DNA of 64,000 nucleotides, from assembly GCA_024672315.1 (NCBI GenBank), contig GCA_024672315.1_4714.1. One strand, written 5' to 3'. A model generated the notes under the pieces. The model saw only the letters and a list, made by a program, of their open reading frames with translations, did no database searches and was not told the origin of the DNA. This document shows, one piece after another, positions 29,710 through 40,689 of this stretch. Made by a program: the position numbers and the translations under genes. The first letter of the stretch is position 1. Every line of letters starts with the position of its first letter. Source of the DNA: a phage.

Positions 29710-30999
29710 TTATGCTTTTTCGGTTACAGCATCGAAGTATTTCGCTGCAGCAAATACAGCATCTGCATATTGACGGTTAGCAACACGGAGGATCTTAGCT
29801 GCTAATACTGCACTCAAGCGTGCCATTTCAGAAATGGCGCTTATATAAGGGCGAACGGTTTCACGATCTGCTTCCGGTAGATTGTCGAGCATACCGTCCC
29901 ATTTAGTTTTAATTTTCATACCGTTTAGTTTAGCAGTACGTTCGACAGTACTTGTTAAACTTTCTGTCTGGCGAAAATACGCGGGGTCAACGACACGAAA
30001 CGCGTTAAGATACGAAGTCAGTGCGGCTTTCAATTCGTCGTCGTTATTGAAAATGTTCGCGTTTTCGATACTACCGGTCGCGGTTTCTTCAACTTCGATC
30101 TGAATATTCTTCACGAGCGCGCAGGCCTTAATGGTATCTTTCTCAGCCATAAGGGCGTCAAGACCTTTAACAACATATCGTTTCCCACCGCTTTCTGGTA
30201 GTTTGAGTCCTTTTAACGCAGGCTTGATGGCGTAAATATAATCGTCCAGAATATCGGCAAGTGTCGTCAAATCGGTTAGTTTATTAACTTTCTTGTTAAT
30301 GTCGTCAGTTTGGAGTAGTAAAAAAGCGGATGCTTGTGTGGATGCCGCTAACTGCTCGATATGTTTACGAACCTCCAACGCGTTAACCATTTTTGCGTTA
30401 GGGAACATGCTAATCATATTCCCGGTCGGTTTATTTATTTGTTTGAGGTGACGCTCGCCTTTATTTACAGCGGTTGCAACATCAGTAATTTTTTTATACG
30501 CTACCGCAAGGTTTTTGAAAAGCAGCTGAATCAGCTTACATAACTGTTCAGCCATGTTCGCAATGATTACCCAAACTGCGTATAACGCTTGTGCTGCGCG
30601 TTCTTTAAAGCCTTCCAGCACAATAGCTTGCCCTTCCACCAAACGATCGTCAGCTTGGAACATGTCTTCATCAGACATCCCCAGGTTTGCTGCTGACGTC
30701 GAAGCAATCTGACGGATAAGGGCGACGTCGCTCGCACGTGCTTCCGGGATCGTAGGCGCGATCATGTATGCGGTATCTTCCAGCGTTGCTGAGGTACGCA
30801 CTGCAATTTCAGCCAGTTCGCTAGATTCATCGATCGTCTCGTCGGTGCGTCGAATCACCAACTCAACTTCGTCCTCTTCGATTTCTGCGTTGGGATCATT
30901 TTGCTCCGCTGGAATTGTCGCAAGAAGATCTTCGGCGCTCAGCAAAGCGAGTTCGAATGCGTTTTTATTGACGTTATCAAAAAGAGAGATGCGGGCCAT
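29710..30999 (-). CDS. putative internal head protein paralog (429 aa)
   Basis: AAGGA RBS; acidic AxE-rich N-terminus; family helix motif (AAQALYAVWVIIANMAEQLCKLIQLLFKNL). Confidence 0.75.
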   Translation of the reverse strand: MARISLFDNVNKNAFELALLSAEDLLATIPAEQNDPNAEIEEDEVELVIRRTDETIDESSELAEIAVRTSATLEDTAYMIAPTIPEARASDVALIRQIASTSAANLGMSDEDMFQADDRLVEGQAIVLEGFKERAAQALYAVWVIIANMAEQLCKLIQLLFKNLAVAYKKITDVATAVNKGERHLKQINKPTGNMISMFPNAKMVNALEVRKHIEQLAASTQASAFLLLQTDDINKKVNKLTDLTTLADILDDYIYAIKPALKGLKLPESGGKRYVVKGLDALMAEKDTIKACALVKNIQIEVEETATGSIENANIFNNDDELKAALTSYLNAFRVVDPAYFRQTESLTSTVERTAKLNGMKIKTKWDGMLDNLPEADRETVRPYISAISEMARLSAVLAAKILRVANRQYADAVFAAAKYFDAVTEKA

Positions 31000-31008
31000 G
31001 TTAGTTCC

Positions 31009-32349
31009 TTAACCTTTGGTATAAGCTTTAACGAGAGTGTTGATAAATGAAGTCAGTGCGCGAAGATACTGGTAAGCGAATTGGTTTTCAATACGGTTCT
31101 CTTTACCGCAAAGCAGAATCGCGCGCTTAACGAGCTTAGGATAGATCTCGATGTACGGTTGGTAGCTCGCATCAAAATTCTGCTCGTTGAAGCGTTTCAT
31201 GGTGATTTCCTGGATGCGCTCCATGGTGCGAATTTTATTGCGAGAGAACATCTCAGAGAAAGCACGTCCGCGTTTTGTTACCATCAACAGATCTTTCGCG
31301 AACGTCAGTTGTCGAACGCTACGCAAATCGTCAGGTGTCGGCAGGACGTACGTTTCTGGATCGCTATCCCATTCAACATCTTCAACGACAATATCCAAGT
31401 CGAGGTAACGTTTAACCACATCGATGATATTGTCTTTTGACGCATCGAATTCTTTCAAGAAGACCGCACCGTTGATGTAGCGGATACGTTTTCCGGAAAC
31501 CGTTGGGGTGATAACGTCAGTACCTTCCACGGAACCGCGATTTTCCAGTGTCGATTTGACGGCGTGCAAGAAAGACAGATAATCAACGGGAAGTTTTTCG
31601 ACCTTATCTAAATGGAAGTCGATGATGTTTAATCCTAACCCATCAATAACCGAATGACCATCCGATTTAAGGAACATCTGATTGAAGGTATCGATGTTGC
31701 TTTTCAGTGCGTCTACACCACCAACGTTGTTACGGTTAGGGAAAAGCGTCCGCCATTCTGGTTTAAACACAACCTCTTTATTTTCCTCGTATTTGCCTTT
31801 AGGCATTTGTTCGAGGTCTGCAACGGCTTTCTGAAAATTGCGTGTCTCGTCGTAAACAAGACGGGTAAGCTTCTCGAAGGCTGCTGCCAAGGTCAGGGCA
31901 ATATCAACAATGATATCCCAGATCTTTTTCATGGCTTTTACAACGGTGTCCTTAAACCCTTCAACAACCAAAGCTTCTCCAACCTCAACACGATCGGTTG
32001 GAGTCAGCAATGCTTCGGAGGGCAGACCCAGAGCAATCGATGCGGATTCTTGCATATTACGAACTAATGCAACGTCACTGTAGTTAGCCGATTCGATAGT
32101 CGGAGCAACATCAAAACTGATTTCCCGCAGTGCAGCAACAGCAGGGAAAGCACGATCAAGTGCATCTTCATGTTCGTCGATTGTCGCTAAACGTAATTCA
32201 ACGCCATCAGCATCGATGACTTCAGCGGTCGGCTCCACAGCAAGCGCCTCAGCAACAATAGGATCTTTTTCAAACGCCTCAAGGCTGATATCGCCTTGGG
32301 TCGCAAATAGCGGTATGTGTACCATGTGTTGTCTCCAGTAATGATTCAA
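31009..32349 (-). CDS. putative internal head protein paralog (446 aa)
   Basis: GGAGAC RBS; acidic AxE-rich N-terminus; family helix motif (VVKAMKKIWDIIVDIALTLAAAFEKL). Confidence 0.75.
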   Translation of the reverse strand: MNHYWRQHMVHIPLFATQGDISLEAFEKDPIVAEALAVEPTAEVIDADGVELRLATIDEHEDALDRAFPAVAALREISFDVAPTIESANYSDVALVRNMQESASIALGLPSEALLTPTDRVEVGEALVVEGFKDTVVKAMKKIWDIIVDIALTLAAAFEKLTRLVYDETRNFQKAVADLEQMPKGKYEENKEVVFKPEWRTLFPNRNNVGGVDALKSNIDTFNQMFLKSDGHSVIDGLGLNIIDFHLDKVEKLPVDYLSFLHAVKSTLENRGSVEGTDVITPTVSGKRIRYINGAVFLKEFDASKDNIIDVVKRYLDLDIVVEDVEWDSDPETYVLPTPDDLRSVRQLTFAKDLLMVTKRGRAFSEMFSRNKIRTMERIQEITMKRFNEQNFDASYQPYIEIYPKLVKRAILLCGKENRIENQFAYQYLRALTSFINTLVKAYTKG

Positions 32350-32373
32350 AAGATAAACCTGAGCGGCATAGAA

Positions 32374-32405
32374 CCCTCTCCCAACCCGTCAGGGAAGGGA
32401 GAGGG
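32374..32405. terminator. GC-rich stem-loop, repeat-family member
   Basis: CCCTCTCCCAACCC-GTCA-GGGAAGGGAGAGGG immediately after the highly expressed 32428-33750 gene; flanks GCATAGAA / AATATG. Confidence 0.45.
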
Positions 32406-32427
32406 AATATGTCAGTTTATTAACTGA

Positions 32428-33750
32428 TTACTGCTGTGCTGCGTCAGCCGGTTTCTCAGCCGCTTGGCCGCCGTACTCTTTCAGCATTTTAGCAACGCCA
32501 TCCAGGACAGCGTTACCTGCCTGAACACCGTATTTCATCAGACCAGTCTGCGGGTTCACGTAGCAGGAACGTGCGTCTTTCAGTGCAGACAGTACAGCTT
32601 GAACACGCTGTTTTTCCTGAGCGGAAACTTCGCCTTTCTTAGACAGATCGGCTTCCATATCGTCACCGAATTTAACAGCGTCTTTGAAGCCCTGGGATTT
32701 CTTACCGATGTTGCCTTTCAGCGCCAGCAGTTTGTCAGCCAGTACTTCAACACCGCTAACCGCACCAGCCAGCTGGTTCAGGGACAGGACGGTAGCTTCA
32801 ACTTCTTTTGCTTCGCCGGAGCGTTCCCAGGTTACTTTACCATCATTGGCTTTGAAACCCCAACCTGCCGGGCCAGCAACGTCAGCAATCGCCGGAGCGT
32901 TCAGTTTATCAGTGTATTCGGTGTGGGACTTAGATTTGACTAACTCAACGAATTTATCAGCACGATCGTCAGCAGCCTTCATTGCTTTCTCGAAGGTGTC
33001 AGCGATTTTGGTCGCGCCGGTAACCAGATCGTCGCCACCGATGTAGCCAGAAACGCCGCTACCCAGTTTAACTTTGGTATTTTTAGCAGCGCCTTTACGC
33101 TTGGCGATCATTTCTTTCAGTTTAGCAGCACGTGCTTTCAGTTTGGTTGCGCCGTCGAAGATACGATCCATGAACTTCACGAAGGTTTCCCAGGAAGTTT
33201 TCAGGAAGTTCTTGATGGTTGCCCACAGTTTCTGCCACCATTTTTGTTCTTCCAGGAAGATCATGTTGGTTGCATCGTAACGGGAAGCGGAACCACCGAA
33301 GCTTTCGAAGGACGGCATGGTTTCCGGCATTTTGAAACCGATAGTACCACACAGACGTTTCAGATTACGCATGTGTTCCTGAGCGGTTTGTGCAGACATA
33401 CCACCGTCTTTCAGGTAGCTTTCGGTTGCAACAACGGTTTCCGTCAGTTCATCCATGGCTTCGTCCATGGCTTCTGCGGTTTCGTCGTCTTTTGCAATTT
33501 CGATAACAACAGCATCAACCTGCTCGATATCACCACGAACTTCGATAGCCAGTTCGGTTTCAGCTGCGGTATCTTCAGCGATTTCAGCACGTTCGGTCAG
33601 TTCAGCTACAGCGTTTTCATCCGCTGCTGCAGCATCAGCTGCCGGTTCTGCTTCAACGGTTGCCGCTGCATCCGGATCGATCTCAGCAGCCAGTTGAACC
33701 AGCTGTGCGTTAGATGGATTTGCGACAAGACGATCAAAAATAGAAGGCAT
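32428..33750 (-). CDS. putative abundant head protein paralog (440 aa, Ala-rich)
   Basis: Strong codon bias (second only to the capsid candidate); AAAGGA RBS; very acidic Ala/Glu-rich N-terminus with many AxE/TxE motifs; family helix motif (WQKLWATIKNFLKTSWETFVKFMDRIF). Confidence 0.75.
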   Translation of the reverse strand: MPSIFDRLVANPSNAQLVQLAAEIDPDAAATVEAEPAADAAAADENAVAELTERAEIAEDTAAETELAIEVRGDIEQVDAVVIEIAKDDETAEAMDEAMDELTETVVATESYLKDGGMSAQTAQEHMRNLKRLCGTIGFKMPETMPSFESFGGSASRYDATNMIFLEEQKWWQKLWATIKNFLKTSWETFVKFMDRIFDGATKLKARAAKLKEMIAKRKGAAKNTKVKLGSGVSGYIGGDDLVTGATKIADTFEKAMKAADDRADKFVELVKSKSHTEYTDKLNAPAIADVAGPAGWGFKANDGKVTWERSGEAKEVEATVLSLNQLAGAVSGVEVLADKLLALKGNIGKKSQGFKDAVKFGDDMEADLSKKGEVSAQEKQRVQAVLSALKDARSCYVNPQTGLMKYGVQAGNAVLDGVAKMLKEYGGQAAEKPADAAQQ

Positions 33751-33814
33751 AATTTGTTTCCTTTACAATAAATTACACATTAGCTAATGTGGCTTAAGTG
33801 AACCGTCAGCTCAC

Positions 33815-34345
33815 TTAAAAGCCCTTAAAACCCGGTGCCATAGGTTGCCCAAACACCGCATTCAAAGTACATATGATGTCCTGGATGCCATTGTCCCAAT
33901 GGAGCCAAGTACGCACCATCTCTTCGTCTGACAACGTGATATAACTCATAAGTTTACCGCTGCTTTCCAGACGTTGGTGTGAACTTAGCGACTGGCGATC
34001 TGACCAGTTATCAATCAATTGACCAGCAATCTGAACGTTCGTGTCTCGTCTACCCGTGTGAATGAACCGCAGCATGTCACGGATAAACTCCAGACTGGTG
34101 AAGTTCAGATTTGGGTTATGGCTGTTCATTTCCACCCAATCGGTGATGGGGTACATCAAACGATAAAGGGTAGAAAGAACCTGACGCTCATATTTCCAGT
34201 CATCGAGAGGAGTACCATCGACCAGACGCTGATACAAACTAACAACGTCCCGATCGTAGTTCTCCTGGCGTTTTACACCGTTAACCGGGAATCCGAAGAA
34301 CCCGGTACCGTATAGCGTTAAAGGGACGTCACGAAGTGCACTCAT
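33815..34345 (-). CDS. hypothetical protein (176 aa)
   Basis: ORF overlapping the upstream gene by 4 nt (ATGA). Confidence 0.65.
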   Translation of the reverse strand: MSALRDVPLTLYGTGFFGFPVNGVKRQENYDRDVVSLYQRLVDGTPLDDWKYERQVLSTLYRLMYPITDWVEMNSHNPNLNFTSLEFIRDMLRFIHTGRRDTNVQIAGQLIDNWSDRQSLSSHQRLESSGKLMSYITLSDEEMVRTWLHWDNGIQDIICTLNAVFGQPMAPGFKGF

Positions 34346-35244
34346 ACAGCCGCCTCTTCTTTTCGTTTAATATCGTAACGAAGTTTCTTCAGTCGCTCTT
34401 CGTGATATTCGATCTGCTGCTGGATTTTTGGATCGTTGCCCGCATTCTGTTGCTTTTGCTTCAGCGACAAAATCCAATACTCCAACGCTTGGGCTTCTTC
34501 TTTGGCCGCTTGTAACGACGCTTCTTCACGTTCACTGCGCCAGATGCGATAACGATAAATAAGCGTGTTGGTCATTTGAGTGTCGGACCATGAGCCCATA
34601 CGCATCGGGTCAGTATTACCCGCGTTGTATAAGCCATTACCAACACCGTCTTCATCAGAAACCACAACATCCGGGATTTTATCCAACCCAGCAAGAATCT
34701 GTTGTTTCTGTCCACACAGCACCTCGGTGGCGATGGCGAAACCGTACATGTTGGCGGTCAGGTAAGCAATCTCGTTTTTGGTGAAGAACTCACCAAGTGC
34801 TTTATCACCACCCGGCATGCTTTCGCAGATGACCGTTGCACGAAGTAGCGTACGAGCGTAGCTAACGTAGAAGCCCAGGGATTCAACAAGACGTACCAGA
34901 GCGGCTTCTTTGAAACTTAGGCCGTCAGCAGCAACATCGATTTCCAGGTTTTTGTTAACACGTTTAACAATTTCTGGAATCAGGTCAACAGCATTGCGTA
35001 GCGCTAAGTGAACGTTTTCTACCCAGCTTCCAGAGCGAACGCGGGTTAAACGCTGGTGCAGATCCTTATCAGCAAGTTTCCATAAGGCGCTTTCTCCCTT
35101 TTGGAGAAGCGAAGCGGATGTCTCGTAGTAAGGAATCGCGGTGTTGTTGATTTCGTCACGGATTGATTCGAGTGCGTCAGCAACACCGGTGCGTTTAAAA
35201 AGCGGCTTCAAACCGCGAATGAATTCTTTAAAATCGATTGCCAT
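34342..35244 (-). CDS. hypothetical protein (300 aa)
   Basis: ORF with ATG at 35244; in head-module operon. Confidence 0.7.
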   Translation of the reverse strand: MAIDFKEFIRGLKPLFKRTGVADALESIRDEINNTAIPYYETSASLLQKGESALWKLADKDLHQRLTRVRSGSWVENVHLALRNAVDLIPEIVKRVNKNLEIDVAADGLSFKEAALVRLVESLGFYVSYARTLLRATVICESMPGGDKALGEFFTKNEIAYLTANMYGFAIATEVLCGQKQQILAGLDKIPDVVVSDEDGVGNGLYNAGNTDPMRMGSWSDTQMTNTLIYRYRIWRSEREEASLQAAKEEAQALEYWILSLKQKQQNAGNDPKIQQQIEYHEERLKKLRYDIKRKEEAAV

Positions 35245-35283
35245 GAGTGAGCACCTATGCTATTTCGAAACAGGTTGCATGTA

Positions 35284-36390
35284 TTAACGAATCTGTGGGA
35301 CGTTTCCGGTACGGAGCGCCTGGAGGATCGTCAGAAGATCGGAACCCGAGGTTGACGAACTGTTGGATTTTTCCAGTTGCTTGAAGCTTACGGTGGTCCC
35401 TTGATCCAAGCTGTGGAAATAGAAGGTCACCATCTCTTCAGCTTCGTCGATGATGATCAACTGCATTGCGAGGGCTTCAGCCATGACTTTCTGACGTGTG
35501 GTATAGTCAGATAAACGACGTCCGATCTTACGCTCGATGGCTTCCTGGTTAGCCTTAGAGATGATATAGGTGGAGGCAATGGCTCCAGAAGAAGGGATCT
35601 TTGTGCTCGCTGCAGCTTTTGCGGCATTGATGCGCGCAGCATTAACAGCCTTACGGATACCCTCTTTATCCATGCGTGAGATTCGTTTGTGTTCACGAAC
35701 CAGATCGCTAAGCAGGATCATATCGCTCCAGAAAGACAGCTCACCTGCCATCATGCGATGCCAACGTGCTCGCCAGGTGTTCTGTGGGCCGCCAATCGCT
35801 AAAATCGACGCAAGCACTTCCGCTGGAGAGCTTGCGATACGCATGCTGATATTCAGCGGCATTTTCATCGTTGCTTGACCATCGGTCAGCGTCACGGTTA
35901 AGAACTTGCCGGTGACCGCGTTCGCATCTTTGTTCAGCAATTCGATCGCTGCGTCGCTGGCTCCAACATCGATGCTATTTTTTTGTTTCCCCTGCAGGTT
36001 GAATCCTTTGTCATCAAGGAAAACAAGGCTTTTGCTATCCGCACTTTCCAGCGCTAATTTAACAGCCTTATCCGTCAGGTTAGCGTTACGGTTTGGATTC
36101 ACACGACCCAGCGTTTTATCGACACTGATATTACCCACCTGCATGATGGTATTCAACGCCAGTAAATAGAACCCGGTATACATGTTTTCAGCGGTGCGCA
36201 TGCAGTTGCCTAACGCATTGCGTGCGTCGCTATAATACAACTCACGTTCGAAGATCAACGGCGCGATAACGCGTGAAGGTTGTGAGAGTTCAACCAGCGA
36301 ACCTGGCTGGATAAGTTTATTAACTTCGTAGACTTTAGCGATACCGGACGCAACAACGTTAACAGCGTCGGCAATTTCTGATGCTACCAT
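35284..36390 (-). CDS. hypothetical protein (368 aa)
   Basis: AAGGA RBS 8 nt upstream of ATG at 36390; diverges from plus gene at 36425 with both RBSs inside a 34-nt spacer. Confidence 0.75.
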   Translation of the reverse strand: MVASEIADAVNVVASGIAKVYEVNKLIQPGSLVELSQPSRVIAPLIFERELYYSDARNALGNCMRTAENMYTGFYLLALNTIMQVGNISVDKTLGRVNPNRNANLTDKAVKLALESADSKSLVFLDDKGFNLQGKQKNSIDVGASDAAIELLNKDANAVTGKFLTVTLTDGQATMKMPLNISMRIASSPAEVLASILAIGGPQNTWRARWHRMMAGELSFWSDMILLSDLVREHKRISRMDKEGIRKAVNAARINAAKAAASTKIPSSGAIASTYIISKANQEAIERKIGRRLSDYTTRQKVMAEALAMQLIIIDEAEEMVTFYFHSLDQGTTVSFKQLEKSNSSSTSGSDLLTILQALRTGNVPQIR

Positions 36391-36424
36391 ATTGAAATCC
36401 TTATTTACAAATAAAGGAAAGAAA

Positions 36425-37630
36425 ATGTCTAATTACTACGACCAAGCTATTCAAACCATTCAGGAGAATAATGCGTCGTTAACACCCGAAGCTGTGGAGG
36501 CAGCGGGCAATGCGGTGTTATTCACTGATTCGGATTGGGCAATAGCGCGGAAGAATATTCGTACCAGTGTCGGTCAAGGGACATACGAGGACAGTATCGC
36601 CAGACGGTATCGGAATGTGTCACCTATTCCGGGTAACAGTCCGATTCCGATTAACCGCGATCATGCCGGTATTACCTTCTTCACACGACCTAATTTACAT
36701 CTTACCGACGCGAACTTAAAACGAGATCGACGTTTGTGGTCGTTACGTACGGATAATCCTAACAGTATTCAGGCTGTTGTCCGTGACTACTTGGACCCTG
36801 TGGGTGCCAGAAAGCGGAACCATCGAGGACGTGCCATCGTCGATGAGCGCAATCCATTCATAAGTATACTGACGGACAACCTAACGGATATCAGCGGTTT
36901 CAATGACATGGAAATGCAGGTTTACCAGGGTAAACCGGGATTACGTCAAGAAACCGTTGTGATGGCTGACGGTTCGGTGGATATGTTTCAACCCTATAAC
37001 CTGAACGCGACATTCAAGAACATCATGGGTAACCCTATCATGTTCCTTCATTATATTTGGTTGATTTACATCGCAGGCGTGCATAATGGTGAACTGACGC
37101 CAAGCCCTCAGGCCATCATCGACAATGAAATGGATTATTGGACAAGATGTTATCGCATCATCCTGGATCCAACTGGGATGTATGTTCGTTATATCTTCGC
37201 ACCGACCGCGATGTTTCCCGTCGGGTTACCGATCGGTAATATGGCTAACTACAGCATCGATAAACCCTTCACGCAGGATAACGAACGTATCACTATCCCA
37301 TACCAAGCGGTTGGTAACAACGCATTCGATGAAATTCTGAAGGATGAATTCAATCGCCTTGTCCTGATGTTCTATTACGGTGAGAACGATACCCGTACGT
37401 TCCTTGAAGATGAGGAGTTGGTACCTATCTCACCCTACGAGCGTCGAATCATGTCGTATCGTGTCGATATGTATCCATTTATTCATCCGTTGACCTCAGA
37501 GCTTCTTTGGTTCGTACCCGCTGATGATTACAACGAATTCTATCTGGATCTTGAACCATCGGCGTTACCACCGGATACGTTCAGTCGCGATCTTGTCCGA
37601 ACCACCATTCCGCAAAATTACGAGGGATAA
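36425..37630 (+). CDS. hypothetical protein (401 aa)
   Basis: ATG at 36425 with AAAGGA RBS (ORF-track TTG start 36392 rejected); stop 3 nt before next gene. Confidence 0.75.
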   Translation: MSNYYDQAIQTIQENNASLTPEAVEAAGNAVLFTDSDWAIARKNIRTSVGQGTYEDSIARRYRNVSPIPGNSPIPINRDHAGITFFTRPNLHLTDANLKRDRRLWSLRTDNPNSIQAVVRDYLDPVGARKRNHRGRAIVDERNPFISILTDNLTDISGFNDMEMQVYQGKPGLRQETVVMADGSVDMFQPYNLNATFKNIMGNPIMFLHYIWLIYIAGVHNGELTPSPQAIIDNEMDYWTRCYRIILDPTGMYVRYIFAPTAMFPVGLPIGNMANYSIDKPFTQDNERITIPYQAVGNNAFDEILKDEFNRLVLMFYYGENDTRTFLEDEELVPISPYERRIMSYRVDMYPFIHPLTSELLWFVPADDYNEFYLDLEPSALPPDTFSRDLVRTTIPQNYEG

Positions 37631-37633
37631 TAA

Positions 37634-40627
37634 ATGAGCGTAACCAACAAAGATCTTGCTGAACAGCTCAATCGCTATATGCTTTCACCTATTGAAATGC
37701 AGGCTGTTGCAAGCGATATGATCCGTTTGGCCTCTGATGGCGAGTTAACCCTGGTTGACCCCAGCTGTCCGTTTGTTTATCTGCTGGAGGTTGCAACGGC
37801 AACGGCTGCGAACCAGAACGCACGAGATGAGTCCCGTGTTCGCGAACTGTATCCGAAGCTTGCAACCAACTGGAGCCAGCTCTATCGTTGGATGTATGAT
37901 GAGTCGTACGTCGGACGTTTCGCAATGCCAGGTAAAACGGAAATCATTTATTCGTTAGGGTATCAGGAAATCCTCGATCGCGCTGTAGAAATTCCAAACA
38001 CCGCCACCTCCGATGATTTAAGCCGTTCTTACAGCCGTAAGTTAGTGATACCGCGTACGACGGCGTTTACGGTGGCCGGAATGGATTTCGGGTTGCATTA
38101 TCCCATCGAAATCCAGGTGCAAGCGCACGACCAGATCCGTGTCGTTTATAACACTGATAACATCAGCCCGCTGCAAACCTTGGAGAGTAACCAAGTTGAG
38201 TACGGGGTTGTTCGTGTAAAAGCGGGTAAAGTGTTGGTGATGCGTATCCCGCTGTTCCAGTTTAAAACGCTGGTAAAAGATGTGCCGTTTAACAGCGTTC
38301 ACGGGATGAACAGCAGCATTACCTTCGAAGATCAGTTTTACCATTGTCGTGCGTATATGTCGTCGGATAATGATACCTGGACGGAGATAGCGACAACACA
38401 CAGTCAGCAGATCTACGATCCGTTAACACCAACCATCGCGTTACAAGTGGAAGGGAACAAACTGAACTGGCGTGTTCCTGAAATTTATTTGTCTCAAGGC
38501 ACGATGGATAAAAGCACCATTCGGCTTGAGGTGTTGACGACGAAAGGGAAAATCAGTGTCGACCCGTCTGATTACGACGTGACCGATTGGAAAGATAACT
38601 ACATCGATTTGTCGCCAAAAGCCGAACAGAAATACAGTGCGCCGCTAAGCGCGTTCAACATTAAAGGGATTTATAGCGAAGGGGCATTGTCGGGTGGACG
38701 ATCTGCGTTAACGTTCGAGGAACAACGTGAACGCGTTATGGCAGGCGTGAACAAAACCAAGGTGCCAATCACAGGAACGCAGGTAGAGCTGGTACTTCAA
38801 GATGCGGGTTACGGGATGGTGACCACTATCGACAACGTAACCAATCGTTCGTTCCTGGCAACCCGAGATTTACCGCAATTGAGCGACAGCGTGCCGCAAG
38901 CCGGTTCGTTGATGGGGTCTTTCTATACGTCAGCCGCAGCATTGGTGAAAAGTAAGTTTGTCGCTGATAACGGTGATCGTATTACGATTAAACCGGATTG
39001 CTTGTATCGTGACAGTAACGGAAGCATCGCGCTGTTGTCAGACGATGAAATTGACCGTATTAATGCAGGCAACTCCGATGCGAAGTTGAACGCGGTAAAC
39101 AACGCCATGTTGTTTTACAGTCCGTTTCATTACGTATTAGACGCAACAAGCGATTTCGACATCCATGCTTATTACCTGGATGCCCCTAAGATCGGCACAC
39201 AAGCATTCCTCGACGCGAACGAGACAATCCCGTTAACCGCTATGGTGACCGGATACCGTCTGGATCGTATCGCTGAAGGATATCGTCTAAGCCTCATTGT
39301 AGAAGGTAACGACGCATGGAAGGCGCTCGACGATAAAAACGTGCATATCCAGCTGGGGTTCAATCCGCGGGGTGAGGGTGATTATGCGACGATGTTAGCA
39401 TCACCGACAACCGATGAACAAGGTCGTCGTTTGTTCACCTTCGATATCACCACGAATTATGATTTTACGCGAATCCTGGCCGATGATTCCACGGCGTATG
39501 AACCATATATCGCATTGACTTCGTTCTCGATGTATGAATCAACACCGCGGGATTATTGGGCATCGCTGCAGCAGTATTTGGAAATCTTCCATGTGGTGAC
39601 GGATTACGCACCGGAAGATGTCGACGGTATTTTACACAGTGCTTCCGATAATTACCTGGTTAAGAAACTCACGCTTCAAAATGGGTATTGTTTCTACCGT
39701 GAACGTCTCACCGCAACCTTTGGTTATGATCTGGACGGTCTTTGGATGCGCTCTCGTACGGTGGCCTCGGAGATTACGTATAAACGTTATACCGAGAACA
39801 TCCCGTGGGTGTATGATGAAGATATTCCAGCGACGGATGAGACCGGTTCGGTTATCATCGAGCAAGGTGATGATGGTACGTTGTCGGTTAAATATCTACA
39901 TCGTAAAGGTGACCCGAAATTAAACAGTGATGGAAGCCAAGCCTATCGTTATCTGAAAGGCGACATCATGAAAGATAATTACGGTAATCCGATCCCTGTC
40001 GATGAACGTGAAGTTCTGCGTAACCTGGACATGTTCTTTATTGATGCGTCGTATCTGCTAGCGAACGATACGGACGTGATTGACTATCGTAACACGATTC
40101 CTACTCAGCTTATTGAGTGGATTCAGAACGATATCAGCACGTTCAGGAATTTCTGTTATGAGGAAACAGAGATTTCACTGTATCCTAAGCAATCGCTGGG
40201 GTATGTGGATGTGATTGTGGAAAACGGATTGGAAACAACGCTTCCTGCTGCCTTATCGTTCAACGTGACGCTTTACTTACCAGCTAAGCAATACGCGGAT
40301 TTGGATCTACGTCAAGTCCTTCAAGCGATGGTATCGAAAGTCATCAACGAATGCTTAACGTCCCGTACGGTGGCTAAAGCAGAAATGATCGCGATGATTC
40401 GTGATGAGGGTGGTGATGACATCCTGAACGTTGAAATCGATGATTTTGGACCAGGTAAGAACCTCAGTGTTTATACCGCGAAGAACGATGGTGTTCGTTG
40501 TGCGGTGAAGAAAGAGCTTTATGTTAAAGCGGATGGTATCTTGTCCGTACGTGAAGCGATCGATGTAAGTTTTGTGAAACATGCACAAAGCAACAGTTCA
40601 GCGCTAGCGCAAGGCCTTCGTGTCTAA
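37634..40627 (+). CDS. large hypothetical protein (997 aa), probable virion protein
   Basis: Long ORF; GAGGGA RBS; followed by hairpin 40649-40680; no nucleotide-binding motifs recognised. Confidence 0.8.
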   Translation: MSVTNKDLAEQLNRYMLSPIEMQAVASDMIRLASDGELTLVDPSCPFVYLLEVATATAANQNARDESRVRELYPKLATNWSQLYRWMYDESYVGRFAMPGKTEIIYSLGYQEILDRAVEIPNTATSDDLSRSYSRKLVIPRTTAFTVAGMDFGLHYPIEIQVQAHDQIRVVYNTDNISPLQTLESNQVEYGVVRVKAGKVLVMRIPLFQFKTLVKDVPFNSVHGMNSSITFEDQFYHCRAYMSSDNDTWTEIATTHSQQIYDPLTPTIALQVEGNKLNWRVPEIYLSQGTMDKSTIRLEVLTTKGKISVDPSDYDVTDWKDNYIDLSPKAEQKYSAPLSAFNIKGIYSEGALSGGRSALTFEEQRERVMAGVNKTKVPITGTQVELVLQDAGYGMVTTIDNVTNRSFLATRDLPQLSDSVPQAGSLMGSFYTSAAALVKSKFVADNGDRITIKPDCLYRDSNGSIALLSDDEIDRINAGNSDAKLNAVNNAMLFYSPFHYVLDATSDFDIHAYYLDAPKIGTQAFLDANETIPLTAMVTGYRLDRIAEGYRLSLIVEGNDAWKALDDKNVHIQLGFNPRGEGDYATMLASPTTDEQGRRLFTFDITTNYDFTRILADDSTAYEPYIALTSFSMYESTPRDYWASLQQYLEIFHVVTDYAPEDVDGILHSASDNYLVKKLTLQNGYCFYRERLTATFGYDLDGLWMRSRTVASEITYKRYTENIPWVYDEDIPATDETGSVIIEQGDDGTLSVKYLHRKGDPKLNSDGSQAYRYLKGDIMKDNYGNPIPVDEREVLRNLDMFFIDASYLLANDTDVIDYRNTIPTQLIEWIQNDISTFRNFCYEETEISLYPKQSLGYVDVIVENGLETTLPAALSFNVTLYLPAKQYADLDLRQVLQAMVSKVINECLTSRTVAKAEMIAMIRDEGGDDILNVEIDDFGPGKNLSVYTAKNDGVRCAVKKELYVKADGILSVREAIDVSFVKHAQSNSSALAQGLRV

Positions 40628-40648
40628 AACAAAATAGCATGAGCATAA

Positions 40649-40680
40649 CCCTCCTCCAACCCAACAGGGAAGGAGGAGGG
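40649..40680. terminator. GC-rich stem-loop, repeat-family member
   Basis: CCCTCCTCCAACCC-AACA-GGGAAGGAGGAGGG between convergent genes; flanks GCATAA / AATATG. Confidence 0.45.
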
Positions 40681-40689
40681 AATATGCTG

